Shown here: piece by piece, positions 52,801 through 64,000 of the stretch
Numbering within the stretch: position 1 is the stretch's first letter
Layout of the letters: each line of letters starts with the position of its first letter
Assembly: GCF_035594765.1 (NCBI RefSeq)
Contig: NC_085846.1
Location: 100,241,190-100,305,189, forward strand
DNA: 64,000 bases
DNA from: Anolis carolinensis
Lineage: Eukaryota
Reading direction: 5' to 3'
Notes under the pieces: model-generated
Databases searched by the model: none
What the model was told of the DNA's origin: nothing
Seen by the model: only the letters and a program-made list of their open reading frames with translations
Made by a program: the position numbers and the translations under genes

Positions 52801-53301
52801 CTGATTTTCAGTATATTACATTACATCATAATGATACATGTGTGTGATGTTTGGTCATTAGATTGATTAGATTTAGAGATGTTTTTAGCATCTTGGTTGT
52901 GTGTGTCTAGATACAATTGCTGTGTAATTCTTGCCTTTTCGAGTTTAGCATGAAGATTAGTATCGCCCACCTTCAACTTTGACCTATTAATAAATAAAAA
53001 GTGTGATTTCAAGCCAAAAATATTTGTTCATTCTGTGTCTTCAGGCATAATAAAGTTGAGCAGAAATATAAAGGAAGAATTTTAAAATTATTTTTGTTAT
53101 TTATATATTTTAATATTATAGTATATAATATTATATAATATGCTATATCGTAAGTGCAGTTTAGAGTATATAGATATATATATATATAGTATTATCTAAA
53201 CTCTTTATAATACAATTAGCGTAGAGAATTAATATAGAATTTATTCAGGATTTTAAAGGCTTGGTTTCTGTAATCTTATTTTTCTCAAAATTTATTGTTA
53301 G

Positions 53302-53427
53302 TTTCTGGAAATATCATGATGTCTGTGCCAGCTGTAAATGGCAAATCTGAAAGCAGTGACAGTGGAGCAGAATCAGAAGAAGAACCACACCAAGAAGAAA
53401 TAATAGAATTACAAGAGATTGAAAAAG
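53302..53427 (+). CDS. ACBD5: ACBD5 exon (VSGNIMMSVPAVNGKSESSDSGAESEEEP...EIEK)
   Basis: VNGKxESSDSGAESEEE conserved in ACBD5; 126 nt, phase 1-1. Confidence 0.92.
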
Positions 53428-53494
53428 GTATAGATTTCTGAACTGCATTTGTCTTTCACATATGAAAATACATAATGTGAGTGAATTGTGGTAT

Positions 53495-53592
53495 TGGGTT
53501 GCTGTGAGTTTCCAGGCTGTATGGAACATGGTCATACAGCCTGGAAAATACCCATCAACCCACTTATTCTGGCCATGAAAGCCTTCAACAAC
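53495..53592. mobile_element. Inverted (foldback) Penelope terminal fragment
   Basis: tgggttgctgtgagtttccaggctgtatg...catacagcctggaaaat...aaccca followed by ctggccatgaaagccttcaacaaca. Confidence 0.75.
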
Positions 53593-54118
53593 AATTTTTT
53601 TTCTTGTTGCTTTATAATCCAAGATCTTTCCTTGTATGATTTGGATTGCTCAAGCAGCAACTAGCCATGAACCTTTAGCCACCTTTCTTGTCAATGAAAG
53701 AGGAAGTATTCCAGGTTGTTTAAGCAATCCCCTTTTCCTATCCAGTAATAAAACTGAGACATTCTAGTACTTCAACAAGGAGGGATTGGCAGTCGTGATA
53801 GCTACACAATGCTGAGAAATCCTCCTTGTACATTTTAATCTTTTTGAAAAGATAGCATTCTTACGTTCAGTGGAACTCCTAATAATTGTGTCTATGATTA
53901 CTAATCTTTCATATAATGTATTTGCTTATACAAAAGTCGATATTTGTAAATAAACAGAGCTGAAGTACAAAAGCCAGTTTATTTAATATATTTTTATTAC
54001 TTTATCATAATTTCTCCCAATATGAGTTTCAAGGTATTATTTCTGAATTCAGTATTAAACATATCTGTGGAAAGTAGTGCGCTTTTCTTTTAAAATGTGC
54101 AGTCTTTTAATTTTACAG

Positions 54119-54334
54119 AAGAGCCCGAGAGCCTGGAACAGGACTGTAGCACTGATAAGGAGCTGGGCAATGTTGTTGCCAATGGCTGCTGTGATGATGT
54201 GCCTGATATTAATTTGCACAATGGCATACAAACTAAATCTGCTCTGAATGGTATCAGTGTGGATGAAGAGATAAAGAAGGGAGCAAAATATCTGGAACTA
54301 CCTGTCAAATCTAATTACGGTTCTCCTCATCAAG
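54119..54334 (+). CDS. ACBD5: ACBD5 exon (EEPESLEQDC...GSPHQ)
   Basis: ttttacag| acceptor, G|GTAATC donor; 216 nt open, phase 1-1. Confidence 0.88.
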
Positions 54335-55047
54335 GTAATCTCATTATCTAAATTTGCCTCAGTCATATGAGTTTTGCTTGTCAGTTTAGAAAGGCCATTT
54401 CCCGATGTTTGTCAGGTTCTTGGTTGAGGATAAAAAATTAAACCTTATTTGCTTGATATGATTCTGTGTATTTTAGTGGGTGATGGGAATAGGATATATT
54501 GATTTGTGTCTTTATCTTTTTTCATGTGCACATACAGACAGTCTACTGTTTCTGGTAACTTCGGTATTAAGCCTGATGTTACAATTTAAATATCAACAAA
54601 ACATTGTATTATTCAGTTTAAATAATGTGTTTGTTTCATATGCTGGTGAAATACTGTAAATTCATTTGGAGGAGGCATGGAAAGCACTGGTCCCCAAGAT
54701 ATGCACTTTGCCTATCGCTGCTACAAGGGGTCAAAGTAAGAAACCCTTTGTGTGTCTGTGTGACAGGGAAACAGGCAAGTGCTCCATATGCCCTCCCTAT
54801 ACACCAAAAGATATTGAATGTCTGATCTGGATGTTTTAAATGTATTTTTAATAACCAGCTGCAACCATTTTATTATTTTTCTATTCTTAAATAGTCTAAA
54901 TAAGACATATTCATCCTAGGTATAACAAAAAAACAGGTTTTGACTTAGCACAAAATTAATCACAATGTGCTGTGTGGATAACTTATTTTTAATCACCGCT
55001 TTATTCTTTCCCAACTTGGACTTGACTGTCTGATCCTGTACTTATAG

Positions 55048-55160
55048 GCACTGACCTGAAGGAAGATAATACTGAAGAGATCTCTGGAATTCAACACTTG
55101 ACAAGTGATTCAGATAGTGAAATATATTGTGACTCTATGGAGCAGTTTGGACAAGAAGAG
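55048..55160 (+). CDS. ACBD5: ACBD5 exon containing the FFAT (VAP-binding) motif SDSDSEIYCDSMEQF (55104-55148)
   Basis: Manual translation GTDLKEDNTEEISGIQHLTSDSDSEIYCDSMEQFGQEE; AG/GT boundaries. Confidence 0.96.
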
Positions 55161-56036
55161 GTAGAGTTTGTTACATTTTCTAAGTTATATGGAAGAACCA
55201 ATACATTTACAATATAAAGAGTCAATAAACTTCTGAATTCTAAGAGGTTGCTGTTGTTGTTGTTGTTGTTGTATGCCTTTGAGTCGTTTCAGACTTATGG
55301 GAACCTTAAGGTGAATCTATCATGACATTTTGGCAAGATTTGTTTAAAGACAGTTTGCCTTTGCCATCTTCTGAGGATGAGAGAATGTGGCTTGTTTAAA
55401 GTCACCCTGTGGGTTTCTATATCCAAATAAGGATTTGAACTCTGGTCTAAATGAGAACTTACTCCCTTAAACATTAACCTTTTCAGAATTTCAAAAGCAG
55501 ATTTGACATGATATAGACAACTTTCTAAAGCCAAAATATGCATCTTTGCATTTAGCATGCACTTTAATCATTGTCTGAAGAAGTGTATAATTTGGGGGAT
55601 TGCATTGGAGAAAGGGAGTTTAGCTTTGTCTTCCCGTGCTGTAGTTCTGATGAAAATAATTCTCTCATTCATACCATTCTGGACCACAGGTTTTTTTTTC
55701 AGTCCCCATATTATGTGCTGAAGCAGATCATTACTCAAAGTGTGTTTCACCATTCCCAGCATCTTCCCTATGGTAGATTTGTACTTGATCTGCTTAGAAC
55801 ACTATTTTTAACTATTGCTAGTAGCGTTATCAACACGCCTTTTCTAATGCTGGTTCCCCAATAATTCTAGAAATGGTGACTAGGTAATAACAATCAACGA
55901 GCAAGCAGTGTTCACAGTATAGCTCTCTTTATGCTGCATATTTGATATTCCATGCATAGAGAACGTTGGGGAAAGGGAAACTATTTTTATTGGAGAATTA
56001 TTGGTTCCAGACATAATAGATGCTTTTAATTTGTAG

Positions 56037-56295
56037 ATGTTGGAAATCAATACATCAACAAAAGAATTTTCAAAACATCCATTCCATTTCTCAGAAGGAG
56101 ATCAAAGTCTGCTAGAAACCTCTGGTTTTCTGGATCTTGGAAACTACAAGGTAGAGGGTATAAATGAAGCTGCAGTTGAAGGAAAAGGGGAAGTCAAGTG
56201 TGGCGGTGAAGATGGCAAGGCAAGTGACGGAGGTCCTCACAAAGAAAAAAAAGGTGGCGAAAAGGTTGACTTCTACGGAATCAGAAGGGGCCGAG
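56037..56295 (+). CDS. ACBD5: ACBD5 exon (MLEINTS...AVEGKGEVKCGGEDG...IRRGR)
   Basis: VEGKGEVKxGGEDG motif; ttgtag| acceptor, G|GTACT donor; 259 nt. Confidence 0.93.
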
Positions 56296-56435
56296 GTACT
56301 ATTGGAATGTGTGCTATGTTGCACCCAACATTTTTTGTAATTTGTGAAATTTTGAACTCTTATTTTTGCACTGTAATGTTTACATAAAATATGTTTTTAT
56401 TTCTAAAGCAGTTTAATTTTTCCTCTTTCATCTAG

Positions 56436-56635
56436 GACAAAGAATGCATCCTTTGGGTGATAGTGCTCAAGGTGGTCAGATGGGTAGTGGAGGAGATGGA
56501 GAACGATGGGGTTCAGACAGAGGGCCAAGGGGCAGTCTCAATGAACAAATCGCAGTGGTGCTCATACGGCTACAAGAAGATATGCAAAATGTCCTACAGA
56601 GGCTACATGCACTTGAGACATTGACAGCCTCACAG
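56436..56635 (+). CDS. ACBD5: ACBD5 exon with coiled coil (GSGGDGERWGSDRGPRGSLNEQIAVVLIRLQEDMQNVLQRLHALE)
   Basis: Highly conserved ACBD5 segment; AG/GT boundaries; 200 nt. Confidence 0.97.
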
Positions 56636-57429
56636 GTAAAGCATCCTCCATTGTATCCTAAAAGTCAAAGTGACCATATCTTTATGCTAGGGTAGATGTT
56701 TGCTTACAGAAGGAACGATCCATGGATATTGTGCAGTAGGACTGGGAATGATGCCTAGGGAACTGTGCAACTCACCAGAGATAATGCATGAACTAATGGA
56801 TCAAAGCAGCAGCAGCATCTATTATTCAAATTAATCTTTATTTTTAGAAACCTGTTTAGCTAGAATATATATTGGAGATCCCCCCCCCCAAATGTTCATG
56901 AAAATTGTTCATAGGAATACAGATGATTTTTGAAGTATGTACAGGAAAGGCAGATTACTTAAACCATGAAAAGTAGTCCGCTGTTCATAAAGGAAACAAC
57001 CTACATGTACACTGTTTCATGTGTGAAAGTTCCAAAATCACTTTTATTGCAGTTGGAAATATTTTAAAGCTTCAAACCAGTTGGGAATTGGTTTACACAT
57101 GGAAGAACGTTTCTTCAAAGAGCACTGAGTCCTAAGACCAAGTGTTAGTCCCGGCTGGAGAAGACGTACTGAGTTACTAACATTGACTAACAGTTGGAAT
57201 TAGCCATAACCATATATGGAGAAATCTGAAAATGTATGACAATGAGAGCCAAGGTGGAAGGCATGGAAGGGAGCAGAAAAGTCTATAGCTTTATGCTGAA
57301 TCCTTACATGTCATATCGTAGCTGAATGTGAATAAAAATGTTAATACTTTTTCTATGCCATAATACAAAACCATGAAGAAACATTTTAAATAGTCCATTT
57401 TATTTGTTAAAATTGATTTGTATTTGCAG

Positions 57430-57480
57430 GCAAGAACTGCAACCCTCCATTCAAATGATCAGCAAACTTCGCCTGTTAAG
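57430..57480 (+). CDS. ACBD5: ACBD5 exon (ARTATLHSNDQQTSPVK)
   Basis: ttgcag| acceptor, AAG|GTAAGA donor; 51 nt, phase 0-0. Confidence 0.9.
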
Positions 57481-58192
57481 GTAAGAATCTGTCTACTTGT
57501 TTTAAAAAGCAATTTACATGTTTTTAAATGGTGGGCTTTTAAAGCTAGGATGTCCATGGACATTAAGGAAATTGTAGAATTTGTTGTATGTTGCCGAGAT
57601 AATTGTTCCATAATGCAGCATTTGAAGTGTTCCTTTTAGCTTCTGCTAAAATGAAGTGTGTGTGTTTGTGTGTCTTTATTGTCCTGGCAAATTCCATACA
57701 AATACTCAAGAACATAATTAAGCTACTGGTATAATTTAGTGCAACAGAAATTTTACTGACTTTTCCTTTCTAATGAAAAGGATGTTGAAACTTTAAAAAG
57801 TCACAGAGAGTAATTCTATGTATGTTTACTTGAAAGTAATTTCTAGTATATTTGCTGGAAATTTTTAGGTAGGTGTGCATAAGATTGCTACCAGAAAATG
57901 TTTCTATCAATATTCTCAAATTTGCAAAGAAGACAGATTTCAGGTGGTGGAGCAGTCAAACATGATGCCATTCAGCGTTAGTTCAGTCTTGTTCTTTATT
58001 ATAAAGACAATGTTTTTAAATTCTAAAGAAATTACAATCAAACATAAACACATACACATTTTAGATCCTTTGAATTTATAGTAAAGTATCTATAGTTCCT
58101 AATCTGTAATTTGTGTTAACCTTTACTGAGTTGGCATTTATCTACATTTTGTATGACTGACTGGATGACAATCATTTATTTTTGGTGTTTAG

Positions 58193-58302
58193 AGACCATC
58201 ATGGTGGCCCTTTGAGATCTCTCCTAATACTTTGGCCTTTGCTATTCTATGGCCCTTTGTTGCCCAGTGGCTGGTGCATGTATATCTTCAAAGGAGAAGA
58301 AG
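58193..58302 (+). CDS. ACBD5: ACBD5 exon with the transmembrane tail anchor (RPSWWPFEISPNTLAFAILWPFVAQWLVHVYLQRRR)
   Basis: Conserved RPSWWPF...WPF..QWLV motif followed by a basic tail; AG/GT boundaries. Confidence 0.97.
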
Positions 58303-58815
58303 GTAAGACTTATAAGTATGAAGATGCCTGTTTTAGTTTGAGGTAGTTGGAGAAAATTGAGTGACATATATTATATTCACATTTTGTTCTCCTATCCCAG
58401 AAATAGTTTACCATGCTTTGAGGTTATTGTGTGGATTTAATTAAATTTGTTGCTAGGTTATTATTACCATGATCAAAATCAGATGTGTCATGAATGTGAA
58501 GTGTTTATAGTGTTTCTTAATTCATACACCTCCCCAGTAGGAGTTGTGCTGAAGAAACTTGTAATGCAGAGTTATTATTTTAATATTGAAATAGATCCAA
58601 ATAAAGAAGTAAACGTCATAAATCAAACACAGTACCTCATTTTATATAGCAGTATCAGAGGATAACTTAGGCAGGAGCAAAATGTGGCCCATATAATTCC
58701 CGGCCGTGCCCATTTGAAGAAAAGGAAATAATTATGAAGTGTGTGTAATCCTGTTTGGTTAGGAATACATTAAAGTGACCTAAATTGGTAATATGCATAT
58801 TTTTTTTCTTTTCAG

Positions 58816-58828
58816 AAAACATAACTGA
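58816..58828 (+). CDS. ACBD5: ACBD5 last coding exon (RKHN-stop); total spliced CDS 1491 nt = 496 aa
   Basis: Strong polypyrimidine acceptor ttttttcttttcag|; completes RRRRKHN* with TGA at 58826-58828. Confidence 0.9.
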
Positions 58829-60817
58829 GGGCTGAATTTCACATTTTACTTAAGGACTGCTAATATTGGGAGACTCTGGAAATCTGTAAGAACTTCAGGC
58901 TCTGGGACAGCTAACTCTTCCACCTAGTTTTTGTTTTTCCCTTTGAACTACTTGAATAACCCATTTCTCCTAGAATAAACACAGCTATCCCATTGAGCAT
59001 TCACATGAACCTTAACTTATTTCAGAATGTCCTTTATGGGTCATTATTGCACAGAATTGAAAGATCTTAATGCAGCTCCTCAGAGCAATTCAGTCAACTT
59101 TTCAAAGAAGAAAAAGCTCCTTAAATTAACACAAAATGTTTTGGTACATTGTTACTTCACCAGAACTCAACTTATTTTGTACTGTCATTCAAGTCTTTCC
59201 AGATAGCACATAATAGACAGTAGTAACTATAAATCTAGAGTAATCCAAGTGACTGGCTTATACAATACCATGTAACATCCTAGTTTGGGCAAATTTAATT
59301 TGTAATTGCTGCTATAAAGACGAGGTAACATTTTAGTACATAAAGTAAAATCAAATGTTTGAGGTTGTGAGTTGTGCTTGCATGAATACAATCTCCATTA
59401 TGCATTTTTTAAAAAATTGATAATCCAGTGCTCCACCATATTAAAACAGCTGACCGAGTTTGAATATGACATTATATATATTGAATAATCCAATACTGGA
59501 ATGACTGTGCAGTCGTGAGCCAGACTGAAATCATGACTTTAACAAAAAGTAACTTTCTGAAGTCTATTTGGGTTCTGGATTGCATCAAGAGGGAAGGATA
59601 CATTTAGAAAAAACTCTTTCCTTTATACAACTAATGGTTTTTGGATGAGTTGTATGATATAAGGTGCTGATAACGTCTGCTAAAACTAGCATCTGTCTCA
59701 GTGTATTTGCATTGTCTTTTGCAAATGTACTGAGGTTAGTGCTTCTGCAAAAGGTTACATCTGAGGAGCCTGCCATTTAGGCTTTGTAGATACATGAGCA
59801 GTGCTTCATTTGTGCTACCGTTGTGGCATAGGGCACAGAAAAGTAAATGTCTTGAAACAGGAAATCAACAAGCATCTGGTTGTTGTGAAGCTTGTAAATC
59901 TGTGATTGAGCTGTGCTAATTTATATAGCAAATATAGACTCAGTTTATAAATCTCTTGTTAATATCAAAATTCTCCTCTTGATAGAAAACAGATCTCACT
60001 TAGAGAATTTGGCTGAAGCTCTTTTCCCTGACATGACTTTAATGTGGAGATTTTTCTTTTAAAAAGTCAACCATCCAATATTGGAAACTCCCTTCTGCTG
60101 TTGAGGTAACACTGGTTCAGGCATTAAGAAAATAGAGATTGGGCATGCCTGAGGTTAGGTAGTTACTTACATGCAACTGTGTGTGTAGACATGGACACAT
60201 ACATCTGATTAAGTGGAGCAGCAACTGGCATAGTCTAGTTTTCAATTCACTTGATTATTTTAGCAAGTGTGATACTCACAAAAATTCTGTGCACCTAATT
60301 TGTTTGATAACAAACCCCCCTACCATGATTCTTTACATCTCTGCCTCCCTTTAAAGACAATTTTTGCATTGTCACTTTATTACATTTATGATTATGTTTG
60401 AATAACAGCGTGTTATTTCTGAGCATATGATTGGGAAATCAAATAATGACAGTCAACATTACTTTGCGTGATGTTATAAAAAATCAAACATAAGTGATTG
60501 CTTCTTATTTGCTATGATCAAAAGAAAAAATGCAGACCTGAAAATAGTGCCACACCACAGAAGCTATGTGACTCTGATACAGTCTATTGAGCTTGGAGTA
60601 CATAATTTCAGGATTGTGACATATTTTGTATTATAAGAGTTCGCCGGACTGATAAGAAGCTCATGATCTTCAAGTTTGAAATGCACCTTCATATCTATAA
60701 GCTTTATAACACATGTAATTATGGGATTAAGTTTCTGCTTTGTTTAAATAGAAAATGATTCAAAAGTTCAGTTTTAAAAATTAACTCATCTTAATATATT
60801 GTAAATAGCATTTATCA

Positions 60818-60823
60818 AATAAA
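60818..60823 (+). terminator. Likely distal ACBD5 polyadenylation signal (proximal AATAAA also at 58974-58979)
   Basis: AATAAA at the end of a largely TE-free AU-rich stretch, preceded by TGTAAATA (Pumilio-type element, 60800-60807). Confidence 0.5.
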
Positions 60824-62217
60824 GAATGACAGGAGCAGATTGCCTGAGGATATTTTACAAGTTTTTTATGACTGGATGTGATGGTGAAAGTTTCAGAAGT
60901 ATGGCGAGGTTCTCTACACTGCGATGACTTACGTATGCAGAAACAAACAGGTAGGACAAGATTAATCTGAGAATTTGTATCATCCTCTCACGAAGTAAAG
61001 CAAACAGCTTTAGATGGAATGTTATTAAACAGCAGGACATCTACTAATGCTCAAGTTGCCATCTTGTCTGAAGAAGACATGAACGAAACTGGTTTGAGAG
61101 AAAAAGCAGCAAAAATAAGGCTTCAGCTCTGTTGAAAGCTGTGCAAAGAATAGTTGTTCCGGAAGAAAGAGATCATTGTGTCATCCAGTAGTCTGACATT
61201 TCATTCCTTACCTGTTCTTCCTGTTCTCTAAACCATCACTTCTGAAGATTTAGATCTATAACATAAAGTAGGCTCACAAGTCTCTCTTTGTGCCTCACTT
61301 CCTCATTTGATAATTAGTTCAGCAGTTTCAGAAGAAGTCCAAATGCAGATCACTAATGCTCATATCTAGGACATTTCGTTTATTTTTTTCTATGAAGTTC
61401 TGTAAATTCTCAGATATTTTGGTGACTGAAACACAAATTATATTCTTTTAGTTAACTAGAGGGAAATAACTGTCATTTTATGGGTCACACAGCCCACATT
61501 GTGATTACAGCTGTCGTCCTCAACCTGGGGTCCCCAGATGTTTTTGGCCTTCAACTCCCAGAAATCCTAATAGCTGGTAAACTGGCTGGGATTTCTGGGA
61601 GTTGTAGGCCAAAAACATTTGGGGACCCCAGGTTGAGAACCACTGGGTTACAGTGTTGACTTCATAGGGAAAAAGTAGAACTAGCCAAACAGAAGAGCAC
61701 TGCACTGATTATTTGACCAGAACTAAAAGTAGCTATGACAGATATACTTCCCATATACAAGCAATTAATTTCCAATCCCAAAATAGATGCTAATGATAAT
61801 GTGATCTGAAGTTTATGGTGACCAAATGCTGGACCAATCTGGCCTGAAAAGGGATAAGCTGATGCGGTACCATTCTGAAATAACACAATATAGCAATTTC
61901 TGGCAAATTAGAAGCATTCATGGATGTGATTTATGTGCGATTTAACAATCTCTAGGTTCTCCGGTGAAGCTTCCACCAGAAACTGAGCCTAGTTTTACAT
62001 TGGAGGACTTAAAGTTTCCTAGACAGATGTTCTCGGGTAAAACAGACAGCATTTTTTATTTCCATTGGCTCTGTGCCTCTCACTCGAGTGAATGTAAAGG
62101 GCTGACTTTATTTCCATATCAAGGGAACAGTAAAGACTAGAACAAAATTACCAGCTGGATATAGCTATCTGTATTACTTAAATCAAAAGGAGGCTACAAG
62201 CTATGTCTTACAAGATT

Positions 62218-62223
62218 TTTATT
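62218..62223 (-). terminator. Candidate MASTL polyadenylation signal (others at 62287, 62107, 62055)
   Basis: AATAAA on the minus strand ~0.8 kb after the stop codon. Confidence 0.45.
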
Positions 62224-63009
62224 TAAATGGTTAAAATATACAGATCACTTTTACCTACATATTTACTAAAATATCATCTGATATTCTTTATTTCATTCCG
62301 TTCTAAATCTTTAGTATTCAATACACACACAGTGATTTTCATTTTGATTAGGCCGCTAGTCCGGCTTGCAGAATAACCAAATGACTGCTTTTCAGTATTT
62401 AAACCTGTTGCATCCAGAAATCAAAGTAGGACATATAAAACCTTGAGAGGGATTTTTAAATAAATGAGAGACAGTGGAGAATACTGATAGCTTAGCAGCA
62501 GAACCGGCAGCACATAAATAACCCAAAGTGCCTGAAAGTGTGCGTCCTAAAAGGACTGGCACATAGGAGAAACTGAATTGAAAATGTAGAAGTTACTATG
62601 TTATATCATCAAAGTGGCCTAAAAACCAAATTCAAGTAGATTCTGACATGGAATTCCAGCTGTATGTAACTGAAACTTTGAAGTACCTGCACATAAACAC
62701 ATTACTATGCATTTTCTGTACTTGTTATGCCTATGGCAGCCCCTCTCCCACAATTAGAAATACACTCTAGCAGCAGAAAACAATTTTTAATGAGTCATAC
62801 CACCATTACCTATGTAGAGTTTACATAAAGTGCAGTAACTACAATAAAAGTACAATCAGAAGCTGTTTGGAACTAAACACGTCAACACCTTCAAATGAAC
62901 TAAAAGCAGATCAGATTTTTAAAACATCATGGTCAGAAAGTAAGAAGCAAACCAATGCGAGGAAATTTTATACATGTGCAACCCATTGAAAAGTTCCATT
63001 GTGTTGGTA

Positions 63010-63167
63010 TTACAAGCTGAATCCAGACACTGTTAGATGCTGAGCATTATTCCTAGCTTCAAAATAGGCAGTGTCAGTCTCATCGTTTGGTTGGGGTATG
63101 AAGGGCATTGGCTGGTTATGCAGATTATCCCAATCTACACCATGGAAGAACGGGTGACGCTTCAGCT
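63010..63167 (-). CDS. MASTL: MASTL/Greatwall kinase last coding exon ([52 protein letters not shown])
   Basis: AGC-kinase C-tail ending in HLTVSGFSL; acceptor ctcttttctctag| at 63168; TAA at 63010-63012. Confidence 0.97.
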
Positions 63168-64000
63168 CTAGAGAAAAGAGTTTCCAGAACATTTTAAGAT
63201 TCCCTTGTGCAAAAGCCTCACACATCCTAGATTCTTCAGCTTGATTCTGGATGTGTTTAGTATGTTTTTTCCTCTAAATTCTGAACACAATCTGCCTCAA
63301 GGATAAAATAAATGCTGACTTTTTCTTGACTTTCTCCTAATGTTTAAAGTAACGATTTAAAGTCATCTCTTTTCAAACATCGGATTTTGAATAGTTGAAT
63401 AAGACTACATTTGTATTTCTATGACTTATAGGTTAGTCTTCCCCTTTCCACACATTATGAAACCGTGGAATGATGATTTCACAATGTGTGAATTCACTGA
63501 GCAAGTGGCAGATTAGTGACCCGGTACTGGGAAAATGGCCAAGACCATGATAATTAAAATTAGAGGCAAAAAATATTTGTTGCAGTGTAACTAGTAGAGA
63601 GGCAAAGGACTGGACATAAATCACTGCTCGGCCATGAAGTCATGTCAATGTGGCCTTTGACTGTAAGTCTATTTTATCATATAGGATTTCCACCATGATT
63701 AAAGTGATGAGAGAACCACATGTACTCCTCTGAAGTCCCTATAATAGGAAATGAGACTACCTTATTATTAATTTTCATTGTCTTGTGGAATGTGAATCTG
63801 GTACTTGTGTTGGTTTGATTTTCAAAGAATGGAGCAATTCTACTTTAGGTGAGGGAAAAGGCCCAAACAGTTAGAAAACCAATCTATGGAAACCCCACAC
63901 TAAGGGGAAAGGAGAAAGTGAGATTTTCTGTTGGGTTTCTGTAGCTGCTGATCATAAAGCGCCTTACTCTAGGAGAGGAGATTAACACTCCCACACTCAC

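Overview
This is vertebrate genomic DNA, almost certainly from a squamate lizard (Anolis-like; inferred from the repeat content: Sauria-type and 5S-derived SINEs, Penelope, CR1, L2, Vingi, Dong/R4, and hAT, Harbinger and Tc1 MITEs). Three genes are present. (1) ABI1 on the minus strand: coding exon 1 at 25098-25214. Everything to its left is a >25 kb first intron, and I found no exon 2 in the window. (2) ACBD5 on the plus strand: promoter and non-coding exon at about 36270-36446, then 12 coding exons from 40531 to 58828 that splice in frame to 496 aa (ACB domain, FFAT motif, coiled coil, C-terminal tail anchor), with a 3' UTR running to about 60.8 kb. (3) The last coding exon and 3' UTR of MASTL/Greatwall on the minus strand (63010-63167). 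The most unusual structure surrounds the ABI1 promoter, where one palindromic hAT MITE family has generated several rearrangements: a ~1.05 kb TIR/TSD-bounded composite element sharing rearranged unique DNA with a site ~10 kb away, a 470-bp palindrome, and an 8 x 92-bp tandem array next to a Penelope fragment with a minimal hammerhead ribozyme motif. The MITEs carry the same ACTACAnnTCCCA (ZNF143/THAP11-type) motif found in both real promoters. A Helitron carrying captured CR1 tandem copies and promoter-like motifs lies between ABI1 and ACBD5. TE family names come from pattern recognition, not database searches. TE boundaries without a stated TSD are approximate.
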